Shown piece after piece: positions 18,484-26,486 of a stretch of 32,000 nt of DNA (its first letter is position 1; every line of letters starts with the position of its first letter). The DNA comes from Thermococcus kodakarensis KOD1 (GTDB taxonomy: Archaea > Methanobacteriota_B > Thermococci > Thermococcales > Thermococcaceae). Location of the stretch: positions 750,001-782,000 of the forward strand of contig NC_006624.1 in NCBI RefSeq assembly GCF_000009965.1, given 5' to 3'. The notes below the pieces were generated by a model. The model searched no databases. It worked only from the letters and a program-made list of their open reading frames with translations, and was not told where the DNA came from. The position numbers and the translations under genes are program-made.

Positions 18484-19350
18484 ATGGAGTTCCTGTACAC
18501 GTATGAGACTCTCAAGCTGGAGTTCCCGCTCGTAGAACCCGAGAAAGCCAGGTTCATCCTGCTGGGGGTTCCCTTCGACGGGACTACGAGCTACAAAGCT
18601 GGGGCACGCTTCGGGCCGACCCTAATAAGGCAGGCGACTCTGAACCTTGAGAGCTACATCCTAGACTACGACCTTGACATAGCGGAGCTCCCAATAGCCG
18701 ACATCGGAGACATTGCCGTCGTCGCAGGAGACCCGAGGAAAACGGCAGACAGGGTAAGGGAAACCCTTGAAGAGCTCAAGAAGGCAAACCCAAAGGCTAT
18801 TCCAATCCTCCTAGGCGGAGAACATTCCCAGACGCTTGGAGCAGTTGAAGCACTGAAGCCAGCAAGCTACGTCGTCTTCGACGCCCACCTCGACCTGCGC
18901 AACAGCTACGAAGACAACCCCTACAACCATGCCTGCGTCGCGAGGCGGATCAGCGAGCTAGGGGTAAAGGAAGCGATATTCGGAATCAGGAGTGGCACCA
19001 AAGAGGAAGTCGATTTTGCAAGGGAGAGGGATATCCCGTGGGTGCACGCGAGGGACTACAGCTTTGACGCCTTCGTTGACCTCGTAGAGGCCCTTCCCGA
19101 ACCGGTTTACCTCTCAATCGACATCGACGTCTTTGACCTCTCTATGGTGCCCTCAACGGGCACTCCTGAGGCGGGAGGTTTAAGGTTCTGGGAGGTAGTG
19201 GAGGCAATAGAATGGCTGGTCGAGAAGAAGGAGATAGCGGGCTTTGACATAATGGAGGTTGCAGGTGAAAAGCTCGGCGATCCGACGGCATTGACGGCTG
19301 CAAAGCTCCTCTTCTACTCCATTGGTGCAATGGCAAAATTCGGGCGCTGA
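18484..19350 (+). CDS. speB: agmatinase-family ureohydrolase (SpeB; agmatine or N1-aminopropylagmatine substrate)
   Basis: Arginase-fold Mn ligand motifs GGEHS, DAHLDL and SIDIDVFD. ATG 18484 (MEFLYTYE) with AGGTGAG 3 nt upstream. Confidence 0.88.
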   Translation: MEFLYTYETLKLEFPLVEPEKARFILLGVPFDGTTSYKAGARFGPTLIRQATLNLESYILDYDLDIAELPIADIGDIAVVAGDPRKTADRVRETLEELKKANPKAIPILLGGEHSQTLGAVEALKPASYVVFDAHLDLRNSYEDNPYNHACVARRISELGVKEAIFGIRSGTKEEVDFARERDIPWVHARDYSFDAFVDLVEALPEPVYLSIDIDVFDLSMVPSTGTPEAGGLRFWEVVEAIEWLVEKKEIAGFDIMEVAGEKLGDPTALTAAKLLFYSIGAMAKFGR

Positions 19351-19360
19351 GCCTTCTGCG

Positions 19361-19369
19361 TTCTTTTTT
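19361..19369 (+). terminator. oligo-T terminator after speB
   Basis: TTCTTTTTT (T6 at 19364-19369), 11 nt after the stop codon. Confidence 0.4.
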
Positions 19370-19474
19370 CAGTATCCATCACCGTGAAAAAATGCATTTT
19401 TCTATGCTCTTCTGCTTTTCACCGTTCAGAAACCCTTAAGAGGACTTTTTCAAATCTTACGCCCGGTGAAGCAT

Positions 19475-19969
19475 ATGGATGTCGAAGCGGCCCTTGAAAA
19501 GTTTCACTCGCTCAAAGTCTCTGAGATAATGCCTAGGCTCGATACAATGCCCATCGTAACCGCTGATTCTGACCTCCTCAACGTCCTCAAGCTCCTTAGG
19601 ACGAGGCACCACGTCTGGGTCGTGAAGGACAGGGAGAGTATGAAGCTCGTCGGAGTCATCCGCTACATGGACGTCATTGACATTCTTCTCCCACCAGAGT
19701 CTCACAGGTTCAAGCTCGGAATGACGAGCAGAAGCATGAGGTCCCTTCTCGGCGGTGCGACCAAGGCTGAGGACGTCGCAGACAGGCACCCTCTAACGAT
19801 TGAGGAAGAGGCAACGGTTCTCGATGCACTCATCAAGATGAGGCGCTACAAGGCCCAAGTTCTGGCAGTGGTCGAAGGAGAGAGGCTGGTCGGCGAGATA
19901 AGCCTGAGAATTCTGATAGACGAGTTCCTCAGGCTGCTCAGGGTGGGTGGTGCCCAATGGAAGGGGTAG
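19475..19969 (+). CDS. CBS-domain pair protein
   Basis: Two CBS-like units (VSEIMPR...VWVVKD...LVGVIRYMDVI and DVADRHPLTI...VLAVVEGERLVGEISL). ATG 19475 with GGTGA 5 nt upstream. Its end overlaps the antiporter start by 13 nt. Confidence 0.8.
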   Translation: MDVEAALEKFHSLKVSEIMPRLDTMPIVTADSDLLNVLKLLRTRHHVWVVKDRESMKLVGVIRYMDVIDILLPPESHRFKLGMTSRSMRSLLGGATKAEDVADRHPLTIEEEATVLDALIKMRRYKAQVLAVVEGERLVGEISLRILIDEFLRLLRVGGAQWKG

Positions 19970-21276
19970 CGTGGCTTCTAGCAACTATAGGCATCGCCCT
20001 AATCCTGGCCAAAATCGGCGACAGCATAATAGAGCGCTTTGAGCTCCCCGGAGTCCTCGGCGAACTTATAATGGGTATGATCCTCGGCAACCTCGTTTAC
20101 TTCGGTTACGTTGCTCCCGATTATCTGCCCATTGTCAGCGGAATGGGCTATGAGTCCGTCTTAAATCAGATCGCTGAGTTTCTGGCGAAGCTCGGCATAA
20201 TCTTCCTGCTCTTCTTAGGCGCTCTTGACGCGGACATAGAACAGCTCAAGAAGACTGGCCTCACGGCGACGGTTTCCACCGTTCTCGGAGTCTTCGTTCC
20301 GCTCGTTCTTGGCTGGTGGGCGCTCATGGCAATGGGCTACCCGAGCAGGGAGGCCTTCGCCGGCGGCGTCCTTCTGACAGCCACGAGCATAGGACTGACA
20401 GTGAGGGTCATGATGGATCTCGGCGTTCTGAGGAGCGAGGTCGGGGCAGCTTCCCTCAGCGCGAGCGTCATGGACGACTTCCTGGGCATAGCACTCATTA
20501 TCTTTGCAGTTGGTACTGGAAGTCTCTTCGAGCTGAGCATTAAGATAGTTGCCTTCTTCATCATAACGGGCGTTCTTGGATGGTACTTCATCGACCACTA
20601 CATCAGGTTCGCGGAGAGGCTTCACGTGGAGAAGGGCATCCTGGGGATGGCCATCGGTATGATGTTCCTCTTCGCGGCTTTAGCCGAAGGGTGGTTTGCA
20701 GCGGCCATCGAAGGCGCCTTCATGATGGGCCTCATACTCTCGAAGCTCCCTGAAGGTAAGCGCATTATGGAAGATGTCCGTGCGATAGGCTACGGCCTCC
20801 TGATTCCGTTCTTCTTCGTCCACACTGGAGCTATGCTCAACCTTAAGGTCTTCGAGCACGGCGATGCAATAACCCTCGCGGCAGTTCTATCGGTCATAGC
20901 CATAGTCGGAAAGATCGTCGGCAGGGGCTTTGGAGCGTGGATAACGGCATGGGGCAGGGGAAGGGACTTCCTCTTCACGCGGGAGAACTTCTGGATGTCG
21001 CTCCAGATGGGCATAGGCTCCGTTCCAAGGACTGAAGTAGCGCTCGTTAACCTCATGGTGGCAATCCACGGCGGGGCAATACCCTCAACTGACGCTCCGA
21101 AGTTTATAGCGGCCACGCTGATATTCATCACGGTCTCAGTGCTGATAACGCCGCCGCTCCTCAAATGGGCTTTCAAGGCAGAGATAGAGAAGGCGAAGGC
21201 GGAGAAGGCCGCTCAGAAGGTCGGGAGAATACAGGAAACAAAGGAGAAGATAAAGGAGCTGAAAGGCTCTGAGTGA
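19957..21276 (+). CDS. Na+(K+)/H+ antiporter, CPA2 (Kef/NapA-type) family
   Basis: N-terminus LPGVLGELIMGMILGN is typical of the Na_H_Exchanger family. About 12 TM segments and a K/E-rich cytoplasmic tail. Confidence 0.85.
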   Translation: MEGVAWLLATIGIALILAKIGDSIIERFELPGVLGELIMGMILGNLVYFGYVAPDYLPIVSGMGYESVLNQIAEFLAKLGIIFLLFLGALDADIEQLKKTGLTATVSTVLGVFVPLVLGWWALMAMGYPSREAFAGGVLLTATSIGLTVRVMMDLGVLRSEVGAASLSASVMDDFLGIALIIFAVGTGSLFELSIKIVAFFIITGVLGWYFIDHYIRFAERLHVEKGILGMAIGMMFLFAALAEGWFAAAIEGAFMMGLILSKLPEGKRIMEDVRAIGYGLLIPFFFVHTGAMLNLKVFEHGDAITLAAVLSVIAIVGKIVGRGFGAWITAWGRGRDFLFTRENFWMSLQMGIGSVPRTEVALVNLMVAIHGGAIPSTDAPKFIAATLIFITVSVLITPPLLKWAFKAEIEKAKAEKAAQKVGRIQETKEKIKELKGSE

Positions 21277-21289
21277 GCCTCTCCCTTTT

Positions 21290-21769
21290 TCATCCAAAGA
21301 AAGCACCCATCATGTCCATCTGTTCTTCGCTCATTCCCTTTACCTTGAACTCGGGCATCTCGGGAAGGAGCTTCTCGTATTCCTCCTTTGTTATCTCCCT
21401 AGCTTCGCCGTTCTCGACGAGATAGAAGATACCGTAGTCGGGGTCGCGGTAGGCAACCAGGAACTTCTCGACCTCTATGTCGTCGAAGTTCACGAATATG
21501 ACGTTTCCACCGGTGTAGGGCTTCTTGCACTTGAATGGGAAGCTCGATGAGTTAAGCATGGCATCGCCGAGGGCCTGGTTGGCCTTCTCACCGTTTATCT
21601 CGGTCCAGAAGGGTCTGCCCTCGAAGTCCCCTTCCACCACGATGAGGAACTTTCCGCCGTCCAGTTCGAGAACAGGGGCGCCTTTCTCCTGGAGTATCTT
21701 AAAGAGCTCGCCTATCGTCTCGGCTTCTCTGAGTGCAGCTACAAATCCTTCAACTTTCACAGTCTTCAC
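21290..21769 (-). CDS. uncharacterised soluble protein (about 159 aa)
   Basis: ORF 21290..21814 shortened. A TATA box (21792-21799) lies inside the ORF-track N-terminal extension. GTG 21769 sits at the predicted leaderless TSS. GTG 21760 with GGTGA 5 nt upstream is an alternative. No family recognised. Confidence 0.55.
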   Translation of the reverse strand: MKTVKVEGFVAALREAETIGELFKILQEKGAPVLELDGGKFLIVVEGDFEGRPFWTEINGEKANQALGDAMLNSSSFPFKCKKPYTGGNVIFVNFDDIEVEKFLVAYRDPDYGIFYLVENGEAREITKEEYEKLLPEMPEFKVKGMSEEQMDMMGAFFG

Positions 21770-21791
21770 CAAAACCAGTTGGGGCGGTGGG

Positions 21792-21799
21792 TATAAAAG
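21792..21799. promoter_or_regulatory. single TATA box shared by two divergent genes
   Basis: TATAAAAG / CTTTTATA lies 28 nt before ATG 21827 (ClC, + strand) and 23 nt before GTG 21769 (unknown, - strand). Confidence 0.5.
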
Positions 21800-21826
21800 C
21801 TTAAGCCCCAACATCGGTAGGATACT

Positions 21827-23548
21827 ATGGCAACCTCAAACGGTCGCTACATCAAGAAGTGGGCAACGGTGCTTGGGTTCTCGCTGATGGCGGGGGTAGT
21901 TGGGGGACTCGGTGCCGTCCTCTTCAGAGTTCTGATAGCCTGGACTCATGATTTCTTCTTCGGTAAGATTCTGCCCGTAGTCTCCTACCAGGTAGGCGAG
22001 CTAAACCTGGGCTATGCTCTTCTTCCAGCTTTGGGTGCGCTCATTGTTGCCTTCATCATTGTTGAATTTCCTGACATAAGGGGAAACGGAATACCGGAGG
22101 TCATCGAGGCGGTCATCTTCAAGGGAGGCAACATACCGGGCCGTTTCGCAGTAGCAAAAATAGTTGCCACAGCCATAACCATTGGTTCTGGAGGAAGTGT
22201 GGGCAGGGAAGGGCCGATAGGCTTCATAGGTGCGGCATTGACTTCGATCCTCGCGAGGTGGTTCAACCTTTCAAAGGAGATGAAGAAGCTCCTCGTAACC
22301 TGTGGATTGGCCGCTGGAATAGCGGGAACCTTCAACACCCCGCTCGCTGGAGCGATGTTCGCCCTTGAGGTTGTTTATATGGGGGCCTTCTCCGTTAACT
22401 TAGTCCCAATCTTCATCTCCTCTGTTACTGGAAACGCCATCACACTCGCCATACTCAAGAGGGCCTTTGAGGTCGAAATCCCCGGAAACCTCGGGCATAC
22501 CCTCCTCGAGCTTCCCTTTTTCTTCCTGCTGGGTATAATCCTCGGAGTTCTCGCGGCTTTCTACGCCAGGTTCATCTACCGCGTCTTCAACGCCTTTGAG
22601 GACCTGAGGATCAACCCGCTTTTAAAGCCGGTAATCGGCGGCCTTGGAGTTGGTTTTCTCGGGATGTTCTTCCCAACGTATGGGATATTTGGAATAGGCT
22701 ATGAGGGAATGGAGCTGGCCTTCTACGGAAAGCTCACCCTCGGGCTCCTGCTTACCCTTGGGGTGGTTAAGATGCTCGCAACGGCACTGACCGTTGGCTC
22801 TGGAAACAGCGGAGGCGTCTTCGCACCGAGCCTCTACATAGGGACGATGTTCGGGGTGGCCTTCGGGATTCTTGTGGGAATGGCTTTTCCCTCCCTTGCC
22901 CCAAACCTAACTGTTTATGCCCTCGCTGGAATGGCGGCCTTCTTCAGCGGGATGACGCAGGCCCCGATAACGCAGATACTCATGGTAACCGAACTGACGA
23001 GGAGCTATGCTGTTCTGCCGGCAGTTATGACATCAGCAACGATGGGCTTCCTGACGGCGAGGTTCTTCCTCAACGGCGAGTCCATATACACCCTCAAGCT
23101 CCTGAGAAAGGGCTACCGTGTCAGGACTGGAAGACCCGTGGTTCTTGAGACAATCTCAGTTGGGGAAATAATGAGCAGAGACCCCGTCTATGTAACAAAG
23201 GACATGACCCTCTTCGACGTTGAGCATCTAATTGGTGAAACCGCCCACGACTGCTTTCCTGTGGTTGATGAGAACCTCAACGTCGTAGGCATAATAGGTA
23301 TCAAGGACATCCTGAAGAAGCCATCATCCGTGAAAAGGCTGAAGGTTGAGAGGTTCTTAAACAGAGCCTACGCCGTTACCTATCCAACCGAAACGGCCGA
23401 GGCGGCATTCGAAAAGCTGATGGCCTACGACCAGAACCTTCTCCCCGTTGTTGAGAGTCCTACCAACAGGAGACTCGTGGGGGTTGTTACCAAAAGGGAC
23501 ATATACCGCGCCTACTACCGCGGCCTTGAGGGGATGTACATAGACTGA
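21827..23548 (+). CDS. ClC-family chloride channel / H+-Cl- exchanger with C-terminal CBS pair
   Basis: ClC selectivity motifs GNGIPEV, GSGGSVGREGP and GGVFAPS. The C-terminal ~140 aa contain two CBS units. Confidence 0.9.
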   Translation: MATSNGRYIKKWATVLGFSLMAGVVGGLGAVLFRVLIAWTHDFFFGKILPVVSYQVGELNLGYALLPALGALIVAFIIVEFPDIRGNGIPEVIEAVIFKGGNIPGRFAVAKIVATAITIGSGGSVGREGPIGFIGAALTSILARWFNLSKEMKKLLVTCGLAAGIAGTFNTPLAGAMFALEVVYMGAFSVNLVPIFISSVTGNAITLAILKRAFEVEIPGNLGHTLLELPFFFLLGIILGVLAAFYARFIYRVFNAFEDLRINPLLKPVIGGLGVGFLGMFFPTYGIFGIGYEGMELAFYGKLTLGLLLTLGVVKMLATALTVGSGNSGGVFAPSLYIGTMFGVAFGILVGMAFPSLAPNLTVYALAGMAAFFSGMTQAPITQILMVTELTRSYAVLPAVMTSATMGFLTARFFLNGESIYTLKLLRKGYRVRTGRPVVLETISVGEIMSRDPVYVTKDMTLFDVEHLIGETAHDCFPVVDENLNVVGIIGIKDILKKPSSVKRLKVERFLNRAYAVTYPTETAEAAFEKLMAYDQNLLPVVESPTNRRLVGVVTKRDIYRAYYRGLEGMYID

Positions 23549-23558
23549 GGTGATCTTT

Positions 23559-24824
23559 ATGATAGTTGATGCCGACCTGCACATTCATTCGCGCTACTCA
23601 AAGGCTGTCTCCAAGGCAATGACTATTCCAAATCTGGCCGAAAACGCCCGCTTCAAGGGGCTTGAAATGGTTGGCACGGGAGACATCCTCAACCCAAACT
23701 GGGAGAAAGAGCTTCTCAAATACACAAAAAAGGTAGACGAGGGGACCTACGAGAGAAACGGCATCAGGTTCCTCCTCACGACCGAGGTTGAAGATACCCG
23801 AAGGGTTCACCACGTCCTTATTTTCCCGAACATCGAAACCGTCCGCGAGATGAGGGAGAGGCTTAAGCCTTATTCTTCCGACATCGAGAGCGAGGGAAGA
23901 CCACATCTCACTCTTTCGGCTGCCGAAATAGCGGACATTGCCAACGAGCTCGACGTTCTCATAGGCCCAGCTCACGCATTTACACCTTGGACAAGCCTCT
24001 ACAAGGAGTATGATTCACTTAAGGAAGCCTACAATGGAGCGAAAATTCACTTCCTCGAGCTTGGCCTCTCGGCTGACAGCGAGATGGCAGATATGATAAA
24101 GGCCCACCACAAACTTACATACCTCAGCAACAGCGACGCCCACTCACCGATGCCCCACCGGCTTGGAAGGGAGTTCAACCGCTTTGAGGTTAATGAAGCT
24201 ACCTTCGAAGAAATCCGGAAGGCCATACTGAAGCGCGGGAGAAAGATCGTCCTCAACGCAGGTCTCGACCCGAGGCTCGGCAAGTACCACCTTACCGCAT
24301 GCTCTCGCTGTTACACCAAGTACTCCCTCGAAGAGGCCAAAGCCTTCCGCTGGAAGTGCCCAAAGTGCGGCGGGAGAATAAAGAAGGGCGTGAGGGACAG
24401 AATCCTTGAGCTTGCAGACACTACCGAGAGGCCGAAGGACAGACCGCCCTACCTGCACCTCGCCCCCCTCGCCGAGATAATAGCGATGGTTCTCGGCAAA
24501 GGAGTCGAGACCAAAGCTGTAAGGCTTGTCTGGGAGAGATTTCTGCGGGAGTTCGGAAGCGAGATAAGGGTTCTTGTTGACGTTCCCGTCGAGGAGCTGG
24601 CAAAGGTTCACGAGGAGGTAGCCAAGGCAGTCTGGGCATACAGAAAGGGCAAGCTCATCGTTATCTCCGGCGGAGGGGGCAAGTACGGCGAGATCAAGTT
24701 GCCAGATGAGGTAAGGAATGCGAGAATTGAAGACCTAGAGACCATCGAGGTTGAAGTTCCCAACGTTGAGGAAAAGCCCAAGCAGAGGAGCATAACCGAA
24801 TTCCTCCGAAAGTCAAATAAGTAA
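23559..24824 (+). CDS. PHP-domain endonuclease of the Endonuclease Q (EndoQ) type
   Basis: MIVDADLHIHSRYS PHP N-terminus, internal zinc ribbon CSRCYTKY...CPKCGG, about 421 aa. Matches my memory of the Thermococcales EndoQ family. GAGGTGAT lies 4 nt before ATG 23559. Confidence 0.78.
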   Translation: MIVDADLHIHSRYSKAVSKAMTIPNLAENARFKGLEMVGTGDILNPNWEKELLKYTKKVDEGTYERNGIRFLLTTEVEDTRRVHHVLIFPNIETVREMRERLKPYSSDIESEGRPHLTLSAAEIADIANELDVLIGPAHAFTPWTSLYKEYDSLKEAYNGAKIHFLELGLSADSEMADMIKAHHKLTYLSNSDAHSPMPHRLGREFNRFEVNEATFEEIRKAILKRGRKIVLNAGLDPRLGKYHLTACSRCYTKYSLEEAKAFRWKCPKCGGRIKKGVRDRILELADTTERPKDRPPYLHLAPLAEIIAMVLGKGVETKAVRLVWERFLREFGSEIRVLVDVPVEELAKVHEEVAKAVWAYRKGKLIVISGGGGKYGEIKLPDEVRNARIEDLETIEVEVPNVEEKPKQRSITEFLRKSNK

Positions 24825-24853
24825 GAAAGTTGGAATTTCTTACGGTGATACTC

Positions 24854-25096
24854 ATGGAGGTCGTGAAAGTCTCCTCGAAGGGTCAGATCGTGATACCGAA
24901 GAGCCTCAGAGAAAAGCTGGGTATAAAGGAGGGGGAGTATCTGCTAATCTTCTCCAGAGGGGACGTTATAGTGATGAAAAAACTTAATATCGACGTCGAG
25001 GAGATCCTCAAAGAAGGAGAAGAAGCGGCAAAATCCCTTGGAGTTTCAGAGGAGGACGTTGCCAAAGCAGTAAGGAAAGTGAGGTATGGGGAATGA
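24854..25096 (+). CDS. vapB: AbrB/SpoVT-fold antitoxin (VapB-like)
   Basis: VKVSSKGQIVIPKSLREKLGIKEGEYL is the SpoVT/AbrB swapped-hairpin motif. GGTGAT lies 4 nt before ATG 24854. The stop overlaps the toxin start (ATGA at 25093-25096). Confidence 0.8.
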   Translation: MEVVKVSSKGQIVIPKSLREKLGIKEGEYLLIFSRGDVIVMKKLNIDVEEILKEGEEAAKSLGVSEEDVAKAVRKVRYGE

Positions 25097-25518
25097 GGGT
25101 TCTGCTCGACACAAATGTTCTCATTTCTGCCTACTTCTGGCACGGTAACGAACGGCGGCTCCTCTGGGAATGCCTTGTGGGACTCCACGAGAACGTCATC
25201 TCAGATTATATAGAGGATGAAATTAGAAGAGTCCTTACTGGAAAATTTGGGATTTCTCCTGATAAGGTCGACAGATACCTCTTGCTCTTGGAAGAGTTCT
25301 CGATCAAAGTGCAAACAGGAAAAATTCCGCCTATTTCGCGGGATCCAAAAGACAATCCAATAATCGCTGCAGCAGTTTCGGGAAAAGTTGAAGCACTGGT
25401 AACTGGAGATAAAGACCTCCTCAGCCTTCGAGACGGTGAAAAGCTTTTCTGCCACATGGGGTTCTGTTTTATGGTCTTAACACCCTCGGAGGCGATATCA
25501 TGCGGGAGTCAGAAATAA
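25093..25518 (+). CDS. vapC: PIN-domain ribonuclease toxin (VapC-like, PIN_3 type)
   Basis: MRVLLDTNVLISA N-terminal acidic site and LVTGDKDLLSL C-terminal signature. 141 aa. Confidence 0.85.
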   Translation: MRVLLDTNVLISAYFWHGNERRLLWECLVGLHENVISDYIEDEIRRVLTGKFGISPDKVDRYLLLLEEFSIKVQTGKIPPISRDPKDNPIIAAAVSGKVEALVTGDKDLLSLRDGEKLFCHMGFCFMVLTPSEAISCGSQK

Positions 25519-26429
25519 TCGAGCTCTTCCTCAAGCACCTGAAAAGGCATGGTGAGCTCCCCCTTGGAGACGATGCCGGCGCACTAAAGATAGGAGACGA
25601 GTGGCTCGTTGCCACGAACGACATGCTCGTCAGGAAAACAGATGTTCCAGACATAATGACTCCAGAGCAGGTTGGGTTCAAAGCCGTGACAATGAACGTG
25701 AGCGACGTTGCAGCTATGGGGGCGGAACCCATCGGTTTTCTATTTTCGCTTGGACTCCCGGAGGGGTTGGATGAGGACTACATTGAGGGAATTGCCCGGG
25801 GCATAGGAGAGGCCCTCGACTACTATAAAATCCCCGTTCTAAGTGCAGACACCAATGAGGCGGATGACCTGATAATAGACGGCATTGCCCTTGGAAAAAC
25901 CAAAAGGCTGTTAACCAGGTCGGGTGCAAAGCCCGGTGACCTCGTTTGTGTGACGGGAGATATAGGGCGGGCGTTCGCTGGCTATCTTGTATGGAAGTAC
26001 GGCCTCGAAGTGTCTGAGAGCACCAGAAAAGCCCTCTACGAAAAGTTCCTTGAACCCATTGCACGGGTTAAGGAGGGAATTATCCTCAGTAAATCTGCGA
26101 ACTCGGCTATAGACATAAGCGACGGCCTATCTAAGGAGCTTCATTTGATCTCCAAAATGAGTGGTGTTGGGATTGAGATAAGCTCCGGGAAGCTTCCGAT
26201 ACGTGGGGAAGTGTATGAAGTGGCTGAGGTCATTGGTAAGAGTCCCGTTGAGTTAGCCCTCGCAAGCGGGGAGGAATTTGAGCTTCTCTTTACCGTGCCA
26301 CCAGAAAAGATTTCAGAGCTTGAAGTTGATTTTACCGTTATCGGGCAGGTCAGAGAGGGAAACGGAGTTTATATGGGCAGAAAGCCGCTTTTCCCACTTG
26401 GTTGGGAGCATTTTTCGAGATTGGATTAA
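25500..26429 (+). CDS. thiL: thiamine-monophosphate kinase
   Basis: AIR-synthase-related fold motifs LGDDAGAL, NVSDVAAMGAEP and AIDISDGL. GGAGG lies 7 nt before the ATG. The start lies inside the last 19 nt of the PIN gene. Confidence 0.88.
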   Translation: MRESEIIELFLKHLKRHGELPLGDDAGALKIGDEWLVATNDMLVRKTDVPDIMTPEQVGFKAVTMNVSDVAAMGAEPIGFLFSLGLPEGLDEDYIEGIARGIGEALDYYKIPVLSADTNEADDLIIDGIALGKTKRLLTRSGAKPGDLVCVTGDIGRAFAGYLVWKYGLEVSESTRKALYEKFLEPIARVKEGIILSKSANSAIDISDGLSKELHLISKMSGVGIEISSGKLPIRGEVYEVAEVIGKSPVELALASGEEFELLFTVPPEKISELEVDFTVIGQVREGNGVYMGRKPLFPLGWEHFSRLD

Positions 26430-26440
26430 ACTGAATTCCG

Positions 26441-26466
26441 CTAATGTTTTAAAAGGCTCACATTAG
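26441..26466. promoter_or_regulatory. 7-bp inverted repeat bracketing the TATA box of the GT4 operon
   Basis: CTAATGT (26441-26447) and ACATTAG (26460-26466) flank GTTTTAAAA (26446-26454). SD GAGGT at 26479-26483, ATG at 26487. Confidence 0.45.
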
Positions 26467-26486
26467 ATACTGCAGGTCGAGGTAAA

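Noticed and set aside
19393-19440. 15-codon mini-ORF ATG CAT TTT TCT... (MHFSMLFCFSPFRNP) upstream of the CBS gene
   Set aside because: There is no SD, it starts inside the AT palindrome, and the composition is that of a T-rich spacer. There is no evidence that it is translated.
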